In this document: positions 9,158 to 19,110 of the stretch, in pieces | Layout: the number at the start of each line of letters is the position of its first letter | Numbering within the stretch: the first letter of the stretch is position 1 | From: Alphaproteobacteria bacterium | Lineage (GTDB): Bacteria; Pseudomonadota; Alphaproteobacteria; Holosporales; JBOFFI01 | Direction: 5' to 3' | Assembly (NCBI GenBank): GCA_051648545.1 | Contig: JBOFFI010000041.1 | Location: forward strand, 843 to 64,842 | DNA length: 64,000 nt | The notes under the pieces: generated by a model | Database searches by the model: none | What the model was told of the DNA's origin: nothing | The model's input: only the letters and a program-made list of their open reading frames with translations | Translations under genes and position numbers: made by a program

Positions 9158-11974
9158 ATGGAAAAAGACTACCGCGCTACCATTTTTTTACCCCAGACGC
9201 CCTTTCCTATGAAGGCTGGCCTTCCTCAAAAAGAGCCCCAATTGCTGGCATTTTGGGAAGTTTTTCAGCTTTCTCAGAAACAACACAACGCCCGGGTTGG
9301 TGCGCCTAAATTTGTACTGCATGATGGTCCCCCTTATGCCAATGGCCACCTCCACATGGGCCACGCTGTAAACAAGATCTTGAAAGACGTTACCAACCGA
9401 AGCCAATTTATGCTGGGCAAAGATGTTGTGTTTGTTCCGGGGTGGGACTGTCACGGGCTGCCCATTGAATGGAAGGTAGAAGAAGCTTACCGGGAAAAGG
9501 GCAAGAAAAAAGAAGCTGTGGACCCCCTTGAGTTCCGCCAAGCCTGTCGTGCGTTTGCCCAGACGTGGCTGGAGATTCAGCGGAGGGAGTTTCAGCGCTT
9601 GGGCCTTATGGGGGATTGGGAAAATCCCTATAGCACCATGGATTTTAAAGCGGAGGCTTCCATTGTTGCGCAGTTTCTTGCGCTCGTCGAAAAAGGTTAT
9701 GTCTACCGAGGTGTTAAGCCTGTTTTGTGGTCTGTTGTTGAAGGGACTGCCCTTGCGGAAGCAGAGGTGGAATACCAAGAGGTGACCTCCCCCTCCCTTT
9801 ACGTGCGCTTTCTTTTTAAGAAATTGCCAGAAGCCATGGAGGCTGCGCTGGGAACGCTTCAAGGTTCCGCTGTCATTTGGACGACAACGCCGTGGACTTT
9901 GCCTGGAAACAGAGCCATTGCCTACCACCCCAATCTTAACTACGTCTTGCTCCACGTCCAAGCCGTGACCCAAGAAGCAAGGGTTGATGTGGGAGAGGTG
10001 CTGCTTTTGGCAGAAGATCTCGTGCCGTCTTTTAAGGAAGCCGTTGGCTTGCAAGAGGCTACGGTTTTGAGCACCTGCACGGGCGCCTCTTTGGAAGGAG
10101 CCGTGTGTCATCATCCGTTGGCTGATGCTGGTTATGGCGTGGAGGTGCCCCTTCTGCCTGGCGACCACGTCACCGCAGACACGGGGACGGGGCTTGTGCA
10201 TACGGCGCCGGGGCATGGGTTGGAAGATTTTGAGGTGGGAAAACGCTTTGGGTTAGAGATTTCTGAAACCGTCATGGCGGACGGGGTATTTGTGGATGCG
10301 CTTCCCGTTGTGGGGGGTGCGCATGTTTATAAGGCAAACCCTTTGGTGATTGAGGCCCTGAAAGCTGCGGGAACCCTCGTGTCAAAAAAACCGCTGCGCC
10401 ATAGCTATCCCCACTCCTGGCGTTCTAAAACACCCCTTATTTACCGCACGACGTCCCAGTGGTTTGTGTCCATGGATGGGGAAGGAAAGCTTCGGGAAAA
10501 GGCCCTCAAAGCCATTGAAGCGGTGGCGTGGCACCCCCCTCAGGCCAAAAATCGCATTAAAGCCATGGTGGAAGGGCGACCCGATTGGTGTTTATCTCGC
10601 CAACGGGCCTGGGGGGTTCCCCTCACGCTGTTTGTGCATAAACAAACCCAGACCTTGCTCCAAGACTCCCGGGTCAACCAACGCATCCTTGAGATTATCC
10701 GTCAAGAGGGAACCGAAGCCTGGTTTTCGTCCTCTCCTCAGCGTTTCTTGGAGCCTTTCCATAACCCTCAAGATTATGAAAAAGTGACAGATATTCTGGA
10801 TGTATGGTTTGATTCTGGCGTAACCCATGCCTTTGTTTTGCGGGATAGGCCAGAGCTCCAGTGGCCAGCTTCTCTTTACCTGGAGGGGTCTGACCAACAC
10901 CGCGGATGGTTTCAATCTTCTTTGCTGACGGCTTGCGCGCTCCACGACCAAGCGCCTTACCAGAGCGTGGTTACCCATGGGTTTGTGGTGAATGACCAAG
11001 GCCATAAAATGTCAAAGTCTGCGGGCAATGCAACCTCTCCCCAACAGCTAACAGATGAGCTTGGGGCAGACCTATTGCGCCTGTGGGTAGTTTCTGTGGA
11101 CAGCCAAGAGGACATGCGCATTGGTCCTGACATTTTGAAGCATCTGCAAGACCTCTATCGCCGCCTGCGCAATACATTACGCTATTTGTTGGGAGCAGTA
11201 GACGGTTTTTCGGCAGAAGAAGCGATTCCCTTTGAAGAAATGCCAGAGCTGGAGCAGTGGGTATGCCATCGCCTCAAATCTCTGGACACTGAATTGCGTA
11301 AGGCCTATGAAGGCTATCGTTTTCAATCTGTTTTTCAAGAAATTCATCATTTTTGCGCGGTAGATTTATCGGCTTTTTACCTAGATCTGCGTAAGGACAG
11401 TCTTTACTGTGATGCTGCCTCAACACTGAGGCGCCGCGCGGCCCGCACCGTGATGCTCAAGGTTTTGGAATGCCTCTGCCAATGGCTTGCCCCTTTGCTT
11501 CCCTTTACCACAGAAGAAGCTTGGCAGGCCTTTAAAGGACCTGAGTCCAGCGTCCACCTGGAGACATTTTCAGCCTTGCCGGATGCGTGGCTGCAGCCAG
11601 CTCTTGGCGAAACATACCAAACGCTGCGTTACCTACGCCAGGTGGTAACCGGCGCGCTGGAGCTGGCCAGAGCGGGCAAAAAAATAGGATCTAGCCTTCA
11701 AGCATCAGTCACGGTTTGCCTCCGCCCGAACTACCAACCTGTCCTCCAGCATCTTGATTTTGCAGAATTTTGTCTGACTTCTGAGGCAAATTTGGTGTGG
11801 ACTGAAACCATCCCCGCTGACGCTTACCAGCTTTGTGACGTTGAAGGCATGGGCGTAAGTGTTGAAATGGCTTCCGGTGAAAAATGTCTCCGTTGCTGGA
11901 AGGTATTGCCCGAAGTAGCCCAAAACACCGGCAAGCTTTGTAAGCGATGTGAAAGAGCTGTAGAGCGACTGTAG
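9158..11974 (+). CDS. ileS: Isoleucine--tRNA ligase
   Basis: PPYANGHLHMGH (HIGH), KMSKS, and a C-terminal zinc knuckle CLRCWK...CKRCERAV. The ORF opens at 9044, but the ATG at 9158 (MEKDYRATIFLPQTPFPMKA) fits the conserved IleRS N-terminus. Confidence 0.93.
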   Translation: MEKDYRATIFLPQTPFPMKAGLPQKEPQLLAFWEVFQLSQKQHNARVGAPKFVLHDGPPYANGHLHMGHAVNKILKDVTNRSQFMLGKDVVFVPGWDCHGLPIEWKVEEAYREKGKKKEAVDPLEFRQACRAFAQTWLEIQRREFQRLGLMGDWENPYSTMDFKAEASIVAQFLALVEKGYVYRGVKPVLWSVVEGTALAEAEVEYQEVTSPSLYVRFLFKKLPEAMEAALGTLQGSAVIWTTTPWTLPGNRAIAYHPNLNYVLLHVQAVTQEARVDVGEVLLLAEDLVPSFKEAVGLQEATVLSTCTGASLEGAVCHHPLADAGYGVEVPLLPGDHVTADTGTGLVHTAPGHGLEDFEVGKRFGLEISETVMADGVFVDALPVVGGAHVYKANPLVIEALKAAGTLVSKKPLRHSYPHSWRSKTPLIYRTTSQWFVSMDGEGKLREKALKAIEAVAWHPPQAKNRIKAMVEGRPDWCLSRQRAWGVPLTLFVHKQTQTLLQDSRVNQRILEIIRQEGTEAWFSSSPQRFLEPFHNPQDYEKVTDILDVWFDSGVTHAFVLRDRPELQWPASLYLEGSDQHRGWFQSSLLTACALHDQAPYQSVVTHGFVVNDQGHKMSKSAGNATSPQQLTDELGADLLRLWVVSVDSQEDMRIGPDILKHLQDLYRRLRNTLRYLLGAVDGFSAEEAIPFEEMPELEQWVCHRLKSLDTELRKAYEGYRFQSVFQEIHHFCAVDLSAFYLDLRKDSLYCDAASTLRRRAARTVMLKVLECLCQWLAPLLPFTTEEAWQAFKGPESSVHLETFSALPDAWLQPALGETYQTLRYLRQVVTGALELARAGKKIGSSLQASVTVCLRPNYQPVLQHLDFAEFCLTSEANLVWTETIPADAYQLCDVEGMGVSVEMASGEKCLRCWKVLPEVAQNTGKLCKRCERAVERL

Positions 11975-12120
11975 AATTTACCCGCCAGCAGAGAAAAACG
12001 CGAAAGGAGAGGAACCCTTGTGCTCCCCTTTTCGCACCCCCTTGAGGAAGCCACAAGCTGTGCTATAGTAAGGAAGAATTAGACAAACAAAAACGCCCCA
12101 GCAGGAAGGGAACAGCCATC

Positions 12121-13479
12121 ATGCAAGAAGGTGGACTCAAAGCCCCCACACGCCACCCTATCCCTTGGCAAGAGGCTTCTTTTTATGATGAAGAGGCTTT
12201 GGAGGTCGAAACACGACGCATCTTTGATATCTGCCATGGGTGCCGTCGGTGCTTCAACCTGTGCGACAGCTTTCCCAGACTTTTTGACTTGATTGATGAT
12301 GCTCCCAGCGGGGAGCTAGACACGGTTCCCGCGGAATCGTTTCGAAAGGTCACAGACGCTTGCACCCTTTGCGATATGTGCTTTATGGTGGCCTGCCCCT
12401 ATGTGCCCCCCCACGAATTTAACGTTGATTTTCCCCACCTGATGCTGCGCCACCGGGCGGTTCAGCACCAAGCGGGGAAAACCCCTTGGGCAGCTCAACA
12501 ACTGGCTTCTACAGATCGCAACGGAAAGCTGGGGACGGCGCTTCCTGACCTCAGCAATTGGGTAACCAAGGCCGAAAACACGCTAACCCGGCCCTTGTTG
12601 GAGAAAACCTTAGGGGTCGACCGCCGGGCTCATCTGCCGACTTTCGCGTCTCAGCCCTTTGCAAAAGCCCTGGCCCAACAGCCAGCCCCTCCAAACCCTA
12701 AAGCCCCTGGCTTTGGGGAAAAGGCTGTGCTCTATGCCACGTGTTATATGAGCTATAACGACGTCCAAACGGGACTCGCAGCGCGGGCTGTGCTGGCTCA
12801 TAACGGCGTTCAGCTGGAGGTAGTGTACCCTGAATGCTGTGGAATGCCCCAGCTGGAACAAGGTAACCTGGGGGACGTAGCGCGAAAAGCGGAGGCCATC
12901 ACACAGGCCCTTTTGCCTTGGGTGGAACAAGGCTATACGGTGGTGCCGCTGGTGCCATCTTGCACCCTGATGATACGCCAAGAGTGGCCCCTGCTGCTGC
13001 CTGAAAACCCAGTTGTCGAGCACGTGGCTCAGCATACCCGAGATTTATCTGAATTTTTAGTAAACCTCTCCAAGATCAAAGGCTTCATAGACGGACTGAC
13101 GCCCCTGGAGGCTCCCGTCACCCTGCATATGGCCTGCCATGCAAGGGCTCAAAATAAGGGCCGTCAGGCAGAGCTGTTGCTGAAGCTGATTCCAGGGATT
13201 GTGTTGAAAGTGGTGGAGCGATGCTCAGGCCACGGTGGCACCTGGGGGATTTTTAAAGAAAATTTTGACACAGCCGTAAAAGTTGGGAAGCCTGCCACCA
13301 AGCAAATCCTCCAAACCCCAGCTGAAGGCTTTGTGGTTTCAGAGTGCCCCCTAGCTTTGAGCCACCTAGAACAGATATGTGATCTAGAGGCTCAAAAAGC
13401 GCCGTCTATTTCTGCCGCTCAAAAACACTTTACCCATCCTATTCACTTGATTGCCCGTGCTTATGGGCTTAATACATAA
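12121..13479 (+). CDS. (Fe-S)-binding protein with two 4Fe-4S ferredoxin motifs and two CCG domains (GlpC/HdrD/GlcF-like)
   Basis: 452 aa. CHGCRRCFNLCDSFP and CTLCDMCFMVACPYVPP, then the CCG-type motifs YPECCGMP and ERCSGHGGTWG. Confidence 0.75.
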   Translation: MQEGGLKAPTRHPIPWQEASFYDEEALEVETRRIFDICHGCRRCFNLCDSFPRLFDLIDDAPSGELDTVPAESFRKVTDACTLCDMCFMVACPYVPPHEFNVDFPHLMLRHRAVQHQAGKTPWAAQQLASTDRNGKLGTALPDLSNWVTKAENTLTRPLLEKTLGVDRRAHLPTFASQPFAKALAQQPAPPNPKAPGFGEKAVLYATCYMSYNDVQTGLAARAVLAHNGVQLEVVYPECCGMPQLEQGNLGDVARKAEAITQALLPWVEQGYTVVPLVPSCTLMIRQEWPLLLPENPVVEHVAQHTRDLSEFLVNLSKIKGFIDGLTPLEAPVTLHMACHARAQNKGRQAELLLKLIPGIVLKVVERCSGHGGTWGIFKENFDTAVKVGKPATKQILQTPAEGFVVSECPLALSHLEQICDLEAQKAPSISAAQKHFTHPIHLIARAYGLNT

Positions 13480-13489
13480 GGATTAATCT

Positions 13490-14077
13490 ATGACCAAAGC
13501 TTTTACACCTGCTGATATTCTGCCCCTGGATATTTATGAACAGCAACGCCCTGAAAAGCGTTTAGAGATTCTGGAGCTCAAGAAAAATCGCCGGGTGCAC
13601 GTGGGTCCCTACGCTGTGTTTTTATTTGAAAATGCGGAAACCCTTTGGTTGCAAATCCACGAAATGCTGCGCATTGAAAAGGGAGGAAACGCACAGCTTG
13701 AAGATGAGCTCCGGGCCTATAATCCCCTCCTTCCCCAGGGGAATGATCTGGTAGCCACCCTCATGCTGGAGATTTCAGATGCTGCTGAGCGTAAAGCGCT
13801 CCTCGCCCAATGGGGTCATCTAGAAGAAACGGTTTTTCTGCAGGTGGGAGATTTTTCTGTTCAAGCTCGCTCCGTAGACACGGAAGAACGCACAGATCCG
13901 TCTGGAAAAACCTCCTCCGTACACTTCCTCCGATTTTCGTTTGATGCGCAAGCCAAGCTTGCTTTTTTGAAGGGGAGCGCACCTATCAGCCTGCGCATCG
14001 CTCACCCGGGCTATACGCATCAAGCGCTCATCCCCCAAGCAGTTCATGAAGCTTTGTGCAAGGATCTGATATCGTAA
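13490..14077 (+). CDS. DUF3501-family protein (recurrent partner of CCG-domain Fe-S proteins)
   Basis: 195 aa, 10 nt downstream of the Fe-S gene. I assigned the family from memory of its N-terminal pattern (ILPLDIYEQQRPEKRLEILELKKNRRVHVGPYAVFLFEN), not from a search. Confidence 0.55.
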   Translation: MTKAFTPADILPLDIYEQQRPEKRLEILELKKNRRVHVGPYAVFLFENAETLWLQIHEMLRIEKGGNAQLEDELRAYNPLLPQGNDLVATLMLEISDAAERKALLAQWGHLEETVFLQVGDFSVQARSVDTEERTDPSGKTSSVHFLRFSFDAQAKLAFLKGSAPISLRIAHPGYTHQALIPQAVHEALCKDLIS

Positions 14078-14080
14078 AAA

Positions 14081-14115
14081 AAGACCCCAAAGCGGTCTTC
14101 GGGGTCTTATATTTT
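14081..14115 (+). terminator. Rho-independent terminator after the Fe-S/DUF3501 pair
   Basis: Stem aagacccc (14081-14088) pairs with ggggtctt (14101-14108), followed by atatttt. Confidence 0.75.
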
Positions 14116-14519
14116 GGTAACAAAGATTTTACAGCACCCTGCGCCCTTAATCGCTTTAAGATTTAGCTGTAAAAAGCTCTGGTTTTATGCCATGAGCGCT
14201 TTAAAGTGGCTTCGGTTTGCAGAGGTTCAATTTTTTATCACAAGAGGTTGTTGGTAAAAGCTTGCTTTTTAAATCCCAATTTTGCTAGAATAAATCCTGC
14301 GTTAAGGGTGTTGGTTTTAGGGAAGGGTTTTCATTAAGGCGTATTCATGCAGGTTTTTGCAGGTTGGTCCTTTGGAGAGTCTTGAAAATTTATAGGCAGG
14401 AAAAATTAGGTGGAGAAACCGTTAATCTGTGAACTGGGCACGTTTTACTTCAATCATTTTTCTCGCAAATTAGGCGCAGTGTCGAAGTTTTAGCCAAGCA
14501 TCGTTGAGAGGGGTTTGTT

Positions 14520-16961
14520 TTGTCGAAGTCCATTCCGTTTGAGTTGCCTTTGGGCACGGTCTATCCGGTTTTGCCATTGCGAGACGTGGTGGTCTTTCCC
14601 CATATGGTCGTCCCTTTGTTTGTGGGAAGGGATAAATCTATCCGTGCTATTCAATCTGTAGCTGGTGAGGGAAAGCCCATCTTGCTGGTCACCCAAAAGC
14701 GATCAAATTTGGATGATCCGACAACGAGTGATCTTTATTCTGTAGGTACGATCGGCCAGGTTTTGCAGATTTTGAAGATGCCTGACGGAACAGTTAAAGC
14801 CTTGATTGAAGGTAAGCAGCGGGTTAAGATTCTGCGTTACACAGAGGCGCATGACTATTTTGAAGCCTATGCAGATGTTTTAGAAGATGAGCCTGAAGAA
14901 GTCCAAGAAGATTTGGAGCCCCTTCGGCGCACACTTTTGAAAGAATTTGAGAGCTATGTGAAGCTCAATAAGCGTAAACCTGCAGAGATTCTATCACCTG
15001 TTTCCCAATTGACAGATACGTCTAAGCTTGCAGACACCGTTGCATCCCACATTCCTTTGAAAATTGATCTAAAGCAGAATATTTTAGAAAAGCTCAAAGT
15101 TTCTCAGCGGATTGAGCTAATCATAGGTTATGTCAATACTGAGATTGAATTATTTAAAGCGGAAAAACGCATTCAAAACAGGATTCGCAACCAGGTTGAG
15201 CAGAATCAACGAGAATATTATCTGACGGAGCAGCTGAAGGCGATTCAAAAAGAGCTTGGAGAATCTGACGAAGCTCGGGATGAATTGCGGGAGCTGGAGG
15301 AGCGGATCGAAAAGACAAAGCTTTCCAAGGAAGCTAAAGAACGCGCTAAATCTGAGCTTAAAAAGCTTAAGAACATGAACCCCATTGCAGCAGAAGCGAC
15401 AGTGGTTCGGAATTATCTAGATTGGCTGCTTTCTATTCCTTGGGATAATCGGACAAAAGTCCGTAAAAATCTCTCAAAAGCTGAAGCTATTTTGAACGAA
15501 GACCACTACGGCCTTGAGAAAGTTAAAGAACGAATTTTAGAATTTTTAGCTGTTCAGACCCGAGTTGATAAAGTGAAGGGGCCCATTTTGTGTTTAGTAG
15601 GTCCTCCAGGCGTGGGAAAAACATCCCTGGGAAAATCTATTGCTAAAGCAACGGGACGCCAATTTGTGCGTATTTCCGTAGGCGGCTTACGGGACGAATC
15701 TGAGATTCGAGGACACCGCCGGACGTACATTGGCTCAATGCCGGGCAAGATTGTCCAAGGCATGCGGAAAGCGAAGTCTTCCAACCCTCTCTTTTTGTTA
15801 GATGAGATTGACAAAATGGGTTCGGACTGGCGCGGGGACCCTTCTTCAGCGTTGTTGGAGGTGCTGGACCCGGAACAAAACACCGCGTTCAATGATCACT
15901 ATTTAGAGGTAGACTATGACCTCTCAGATGTCTTGTTCGTGACCACGGCTAATAGCTTGAATATGCCTCTTCCGCTTTTGGACCGGATGGAGATCATTCG
16001 TATCTCTGGTTATACGGAAGATGAAAAAGTTGTCATTGCGCAACGTCACTTGGTTCCTAAACAGCGAGAACTTCATGGATTGAAAGAGGATGAATTTTCT
16101 ATCAGTGAAGAAGGTCTAAGAATCCTGATTCGCAAATATTGCCGTGAATCAGGCGTTCGAAACCTGGAACGTGAGATTGCAAGCCTTTCTAGAAAAGCGG
16201 TTAAAAGCATTGTGCTGAAGAAGGTAGATCACCTCAAATTGACCAAAACAAATCTTGAGAAATATGCAGGTATCCCTCGATATCGTTTTGAGGAGGCAGA
16301 CCTTACAGATTTGCTGGGCATTACCACAGGCCTTGCCTGGACAGAGGTGGGGGGAGAGCTTCTTTCTATTGAGGCGGTGATGCTTCCTGGGAAGGGCAAA
16401 ATCATGACGACGGGTAAGCTGGGAGAGGTGATGCAGGAATCTATCCAAGCAGCATCTAGCTTTGTGCGTTCCCGAGCTGCGGCTTATGGCATCAAGCCAA
16501 CCTTATTTGAGAAAAAAGATATTCACGTTCACGTACCTGAAGGAGCGACGCCGAAAGACGGGCCTTCAGCCGGTGTTGCCATGTGCACATCTATTGTTTC
16601 AGTTTTGACGGGCATTCCCGTTAAGGGGAACGTAGCCATGACAGGAGAGATCAGCTTGCGAGGACGCGTACTTCCCATTGGTGGCTTAAAAGAAAAGCTG
16701 TTGGCAGCCCACCGTGGAGGCATCAAAGAAGTCTTGATCCCAGAAGAAAATCTAAAAGATCTTGAAGAAATCCCAGAAAACGTGAAAAAAGGCCTGCGGA
16801 TTATCCCAGTTGCTAAAGTGGATGAGGTATTGGAGCATGCTCTGGTTCGTAAGTTCACACCAATTGAGTGGATAGACGAAAATCTGGGGGACCATCTTGT
16901 AACAAACGTTTCGACGGGAGGGGGAACCCCTGTTATCGAGCCATCTCCCACGACCCATTAG
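14520..16961 (+). CDS. lon: ATP-dependent Lon protease
   Basis: 813 aa with a TTG start. LON N-domain ([22 protein letters not shown]), Walker [10 protein letters not shown], and the protease site DGPSAGVAM. Confidence 0.95.
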   Translation: MSKSIPFELPLGTVYPVLPLRDVVVFPHMVVPLFVGRDKSIRAIQSVAGEGKPILLVTQKRSNLDDPTTSDLYSVGTIGQVLQILKMPDGTVKALIEGKQRVKILRYTEAHDYFEAYADVLEDEPEEVQEDLEPLRRTLLKEFESYVKLNKRKPAEILSPVSQLTDTSKLADTVASHIPLKIDLKQNILEKLKVSQRIELIIGYVNTEIELFKAEKRIQNRIRNQVEQNQREYYLTEQLKAIQKELGESDEARDELRELEERIEKTKLSKEAKERAKSELKKLKNMNPIAAEATVVRNYLDWLLSIPWDNRTKVRKNLSKAEAILNEDHYGLEKVKERILEFLAVQTRVDKVKGPILCLVGPPGVGKTSLGKSIAKATGRQFVRISVGGLRDESEIRGHRRTYIGSMPGKIVQGMRKAKSSNPLFLLDEIDKMGSDWRGDPSSALLEVLDPEQNTAFNDHYLEVDYDLSDVLFVTTANSLNMPLPLLDRMEIIRISGYTEDEKVVIAQRHLVPKQRELHGLKEDEFSISEEGLRILIRKYCRESGVRNLEREIASLSRKAVKSIVLKKVDHLKLTKTNLEKYAGIPRYRFEEADLTDLLGITTGLAWTEVGGELLSIEAVMLPGKGKIMTTGKLGEVMQESIQAASSFVRSRAAAYGIKPTLFEKKDIHVHVPEGATPKDGPSAGVAMCTSIVSVLTGIPVKGNVAMTGEISLRGRVLPIGGLKEKLLAAHRGGIKEVLIPEENLKDLEEIPENVKKGLRIIPVAKVDEVLEHALVRKFTPIEWIDENLGDHLVTNVSTGGGTPVIEPSPTTH

Positions 16962-16989
16962 GTTTTGCAAAAAGGTTGAGAGATATCTT

Positions 16990-17730
16990 TTAAAGCGTGG
17001 TTGGGCAGAAATGTCGCGCTATATACATCATAGGGGTATGTAAGAGTAAAATCAGTGCCCTGATGGTATAAGCGCCCAAAATATAGCTCCACCAAAGGGT
17101 ATTCCAGTCCATGGGTGTGGAGGCAAAAACCACCCAGGCTAGGAGGCTGAAGATAACGTGATCTACAAATCCAGACACAAGATTTGAAAGGCTTGTGCGA
17201 AACCACAGGTGTTGCCCCTTTGTCAGACGCTTAAGCGCTGCAAAAATCCAAATATCATTATACTGGCTCACCATATAAGCCAGCAGGCTTGCTGCAACAA
17301 GGGAAGGAACGGGCAAGAAAATCTTTTCCATGGCGTCCTGTATCCCTGCTTGACAGGGGATTGGCGCTTTTGGATGCGCCACTGTTATCAACATCCAAAC
17401 CATAAAAAGAATCAAAGCGCCAAAATGGATCCAGATGGCTTTCTTGGCTTTTTCAGCTCCATAAAACTCTGTCAATATATCACTGCATAAATAGAGGGAA
17501 CTGAATACAATGGTCCCCAGGGCAACGGGTTCAGGAAAATAATCACAAGGAGAAATTTTTAAAACTTGGAGGGTAGCGGTGATGATGGCAAGCACGCCAT
17601 AGGCAACAATCCCAAACGCCCCCCATAACCTAAAAGCAAGCAGCAAAGCCATATTTGAGATTAAAAATGTCAAAATCATGAGGGTTTCTGAAGAAAAAGG
17701 CAGGTTTGAAAAGAGGATTGGTGAAAACAT
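16990..17730 (-). CDS. yhhQ: Queuosine-precursor transporter, YhhQ/VUT (DUF165) family
   Basis: 246 aa polytopic membrane protein. YMVSQYNDIWIFAALKRLTKGQHLWFRTSLSNLVSGFVDHVIFSLLA matches the YhhQ pattern (Q..D...F..L....W.R...S......D...F). Confidence 0.65.
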   Translation of the reverse strand: MFSPILFSNLPFSSETLMILTFLISNMALLLAFRLWGAFGIVAYGVLAIITATLQVLKISPCDYFPEPVALGTIVFSSLYLCSDILTEFYGAEKAKKAIWIHFGALILFMVWMLITVAHPKAPIPCQAGIQDAMEKIFLPVPSLVAASLLAYMVSQYNDIWIFAALKRLTKGQHLWFRTSLSNLVSGFVDHVIFSLLAWVVFASTPMDWNTLWWSYILGAYTIRALILLLHTPMMYIARHFCPTTL

Positions 17731-17905
17731 AAAGCTCTTTTTAAGAAAAAAAATAAAAAAACCCCTAACGATGGGATTGACGTGGATTAACTTTCCTCGC
17801 TAGTATGCAGAAAAAGGCCGTTCTTGGGAATAGGCCGTGGAAAAAGTTTGGGTAATTGGCCTTTTTCCACTTGGAAGATAATTAAAGGAAATAACGAAAA
17901 GGATC

Positions 17906-18184
17906 ATGGCCGTGAATAAAGAAGATTTAGTTACAGAAGTTGCAAATGCTGCTGGGATATCTAAAACAGATACACGAAGCGTTATTGACGCTTTTATTAA
18001 CGTTGTTACAGACGTACTTAAAAGAAATGACGATGTTCGCTTGGTTGGCTTTGGAACTTTCCTCGCCACGCACCGAAAGGAATCTGAGGGTCGTAACCCT
18101 CGGACCGGTGAGAAAATTAAAATTAAAGCTGCAAAAGTTCCTAAGTTTAGACCAGGAAAACAACTAAAAACACTCATCAACTAA
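17906..18184 (+). CDS. hupB: Nucleoid protein HU
   Basis: 92 aa. MAVNKEDLV...VRLVGFGTF...RKESEGRNPRTGEKIKIKAAKVPKFRPGKQLK. Confidence 0.95.
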   Translation: MAVNKEDLVTEVANAAGISKTDTRSVIDAFINVVTDVLKRNDDVRLVGFGTFLATHRKESEGRNPRTGEKIKIKAAKVPKFRPGKQLKTLIN

Positions 18185-18542
18185 GACCATTTTTAAAAAT
18201 ACCTTCTCATGTAGAAGTGATTTGGCAGCATGCCTTTAGTTATCTTGGTTGAAGCTTTTGTTATTGTCACGAGCGCTGAAAAACTATTAACCTTACGTAT
18301 GTTTTAGGGGATTCATAGGTTGAGTTACTTGCACGCGCTCGTTGACGGTTCCCAACTTTAGGGACAGTAAAAAAATAGAAGATTGAGGTAAGCGCTTTAA
18401 GGCATGGGAATGCAAAGAAAAAAATACTTAATTTATATGGCTTGGTGATTTGCGTGGGTTTGGTGCTTGTATCTGGACTAGCTTTTTTAAAAAAAATCAA
18501 CTAGAATGAGACTATCTTGCCCTAAAAGAGGTTGTTGAAGCG

Positions 18543-18725
18543 GTGTCTTTTTGTTTTATGCTAACCGCAATGATTTTAGTTTTGGCTTCCCTCGTTGGGG
18601 GGCTTTTTCTTTTTGGACGTAGTTCGCCAGAAGCTTCCGCCAAAGGACAGATGCTGATGCGCTTGAGAGTTCTTTTTCAAGGCGCTGCGCTGCTTTTTTT
18701 TCTGATCGCTGTGAGCTTGGGTTGA
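18543..18725 (+). CDS. Twin-transmembrane-helix small protein (HIG1-like), putative
   Basis: 60 aa (GTG start; an alternative ATG at 18558 gives 55 aa). Two hydrophobic helices flank QMLMRLRVLFQGAAL, which resembles the HIG1 motif common in alphaproteobacteria. Confidence 0.5.
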   Translation: MSFCFMLTAMILVLASLVGGLFLFGRSSPEASAKGQMLMRLRVLFQGAALLFFLIAVSLG

Positions 18726-18852
18726 TTACGTTACGCTTAAAATTTTTTTTCGCGGGATCTTTTTCCCTTACTTCTTAAAGCGCAAGCCCCAACGTGGCTT
18801 TGATGGCTATGTTCATTCACCCTAACCCTGTTCTATTTACTCATGAGGATCT

Positions 18853-19110
18853 ATGCTGATGTATGATTTTGTTTCGATGACATTTGAGAAAGCTCTACAC
18901 GAGATGGAGGAACTCATCAATTTGATGGAGAACCCTCAAACAACGTTGGAAGAGGCTATTCTGGCTTATGAAAAAGGAGCAAGTCTTAAGCATTTTTGTG
19001 AAGGTGAGTTGAAAAAAGCCCGGCTGCGGGTTTCTCAAATCAATATTGCCCAAGATGATCAGCTGGACCTTCAACCATTTGATATGGCATTGCGTGGGGG
19101 AACTGCGTGA
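18853..19110 (+). CDS. xseB: Exodeoxyribonuclease VII small subunit
   Basis: 85 aa. FEKALHEMEELINLMENPQTTLEEAILAYEKGASLKHFCEGELKKARLRV. Confidence 0.85.
   Translation: MLMYDFVSMTFEKALHEMEELINLMENPQTTLEEAILAYEKGASLKHFCEGELKKARLRVSQINIAQDDQLDLQPFDMALRGGTA

Noticed and set aside
9188-10216. 342-aa ORF antisense to ileS
   Set aside because: It lies wholly inside, and antisense to, a very well supported IleRS gene. Its Arg/Gly/Pro-rich low-complexity translation is typical of a shadow ORF, with no family or start context I recognise. The same reasoning applies to 6038-6634 (antisense to mtaB), 44727-45383 (antisense to rodA), 62535-63098 (antisense to tig), 16529-16951 (antisense to lon) and the other short overlapping ORFs in the track.
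14381-14415. Sigma-32 (RpoH) promoter upstream of lon
   Set aside because: A CTTGAA -35-like hexamer is present, but no CCCCAT/CYTATNT-like -10 lies at 13-18 nt (the sequence there is aaaattaggtgg).
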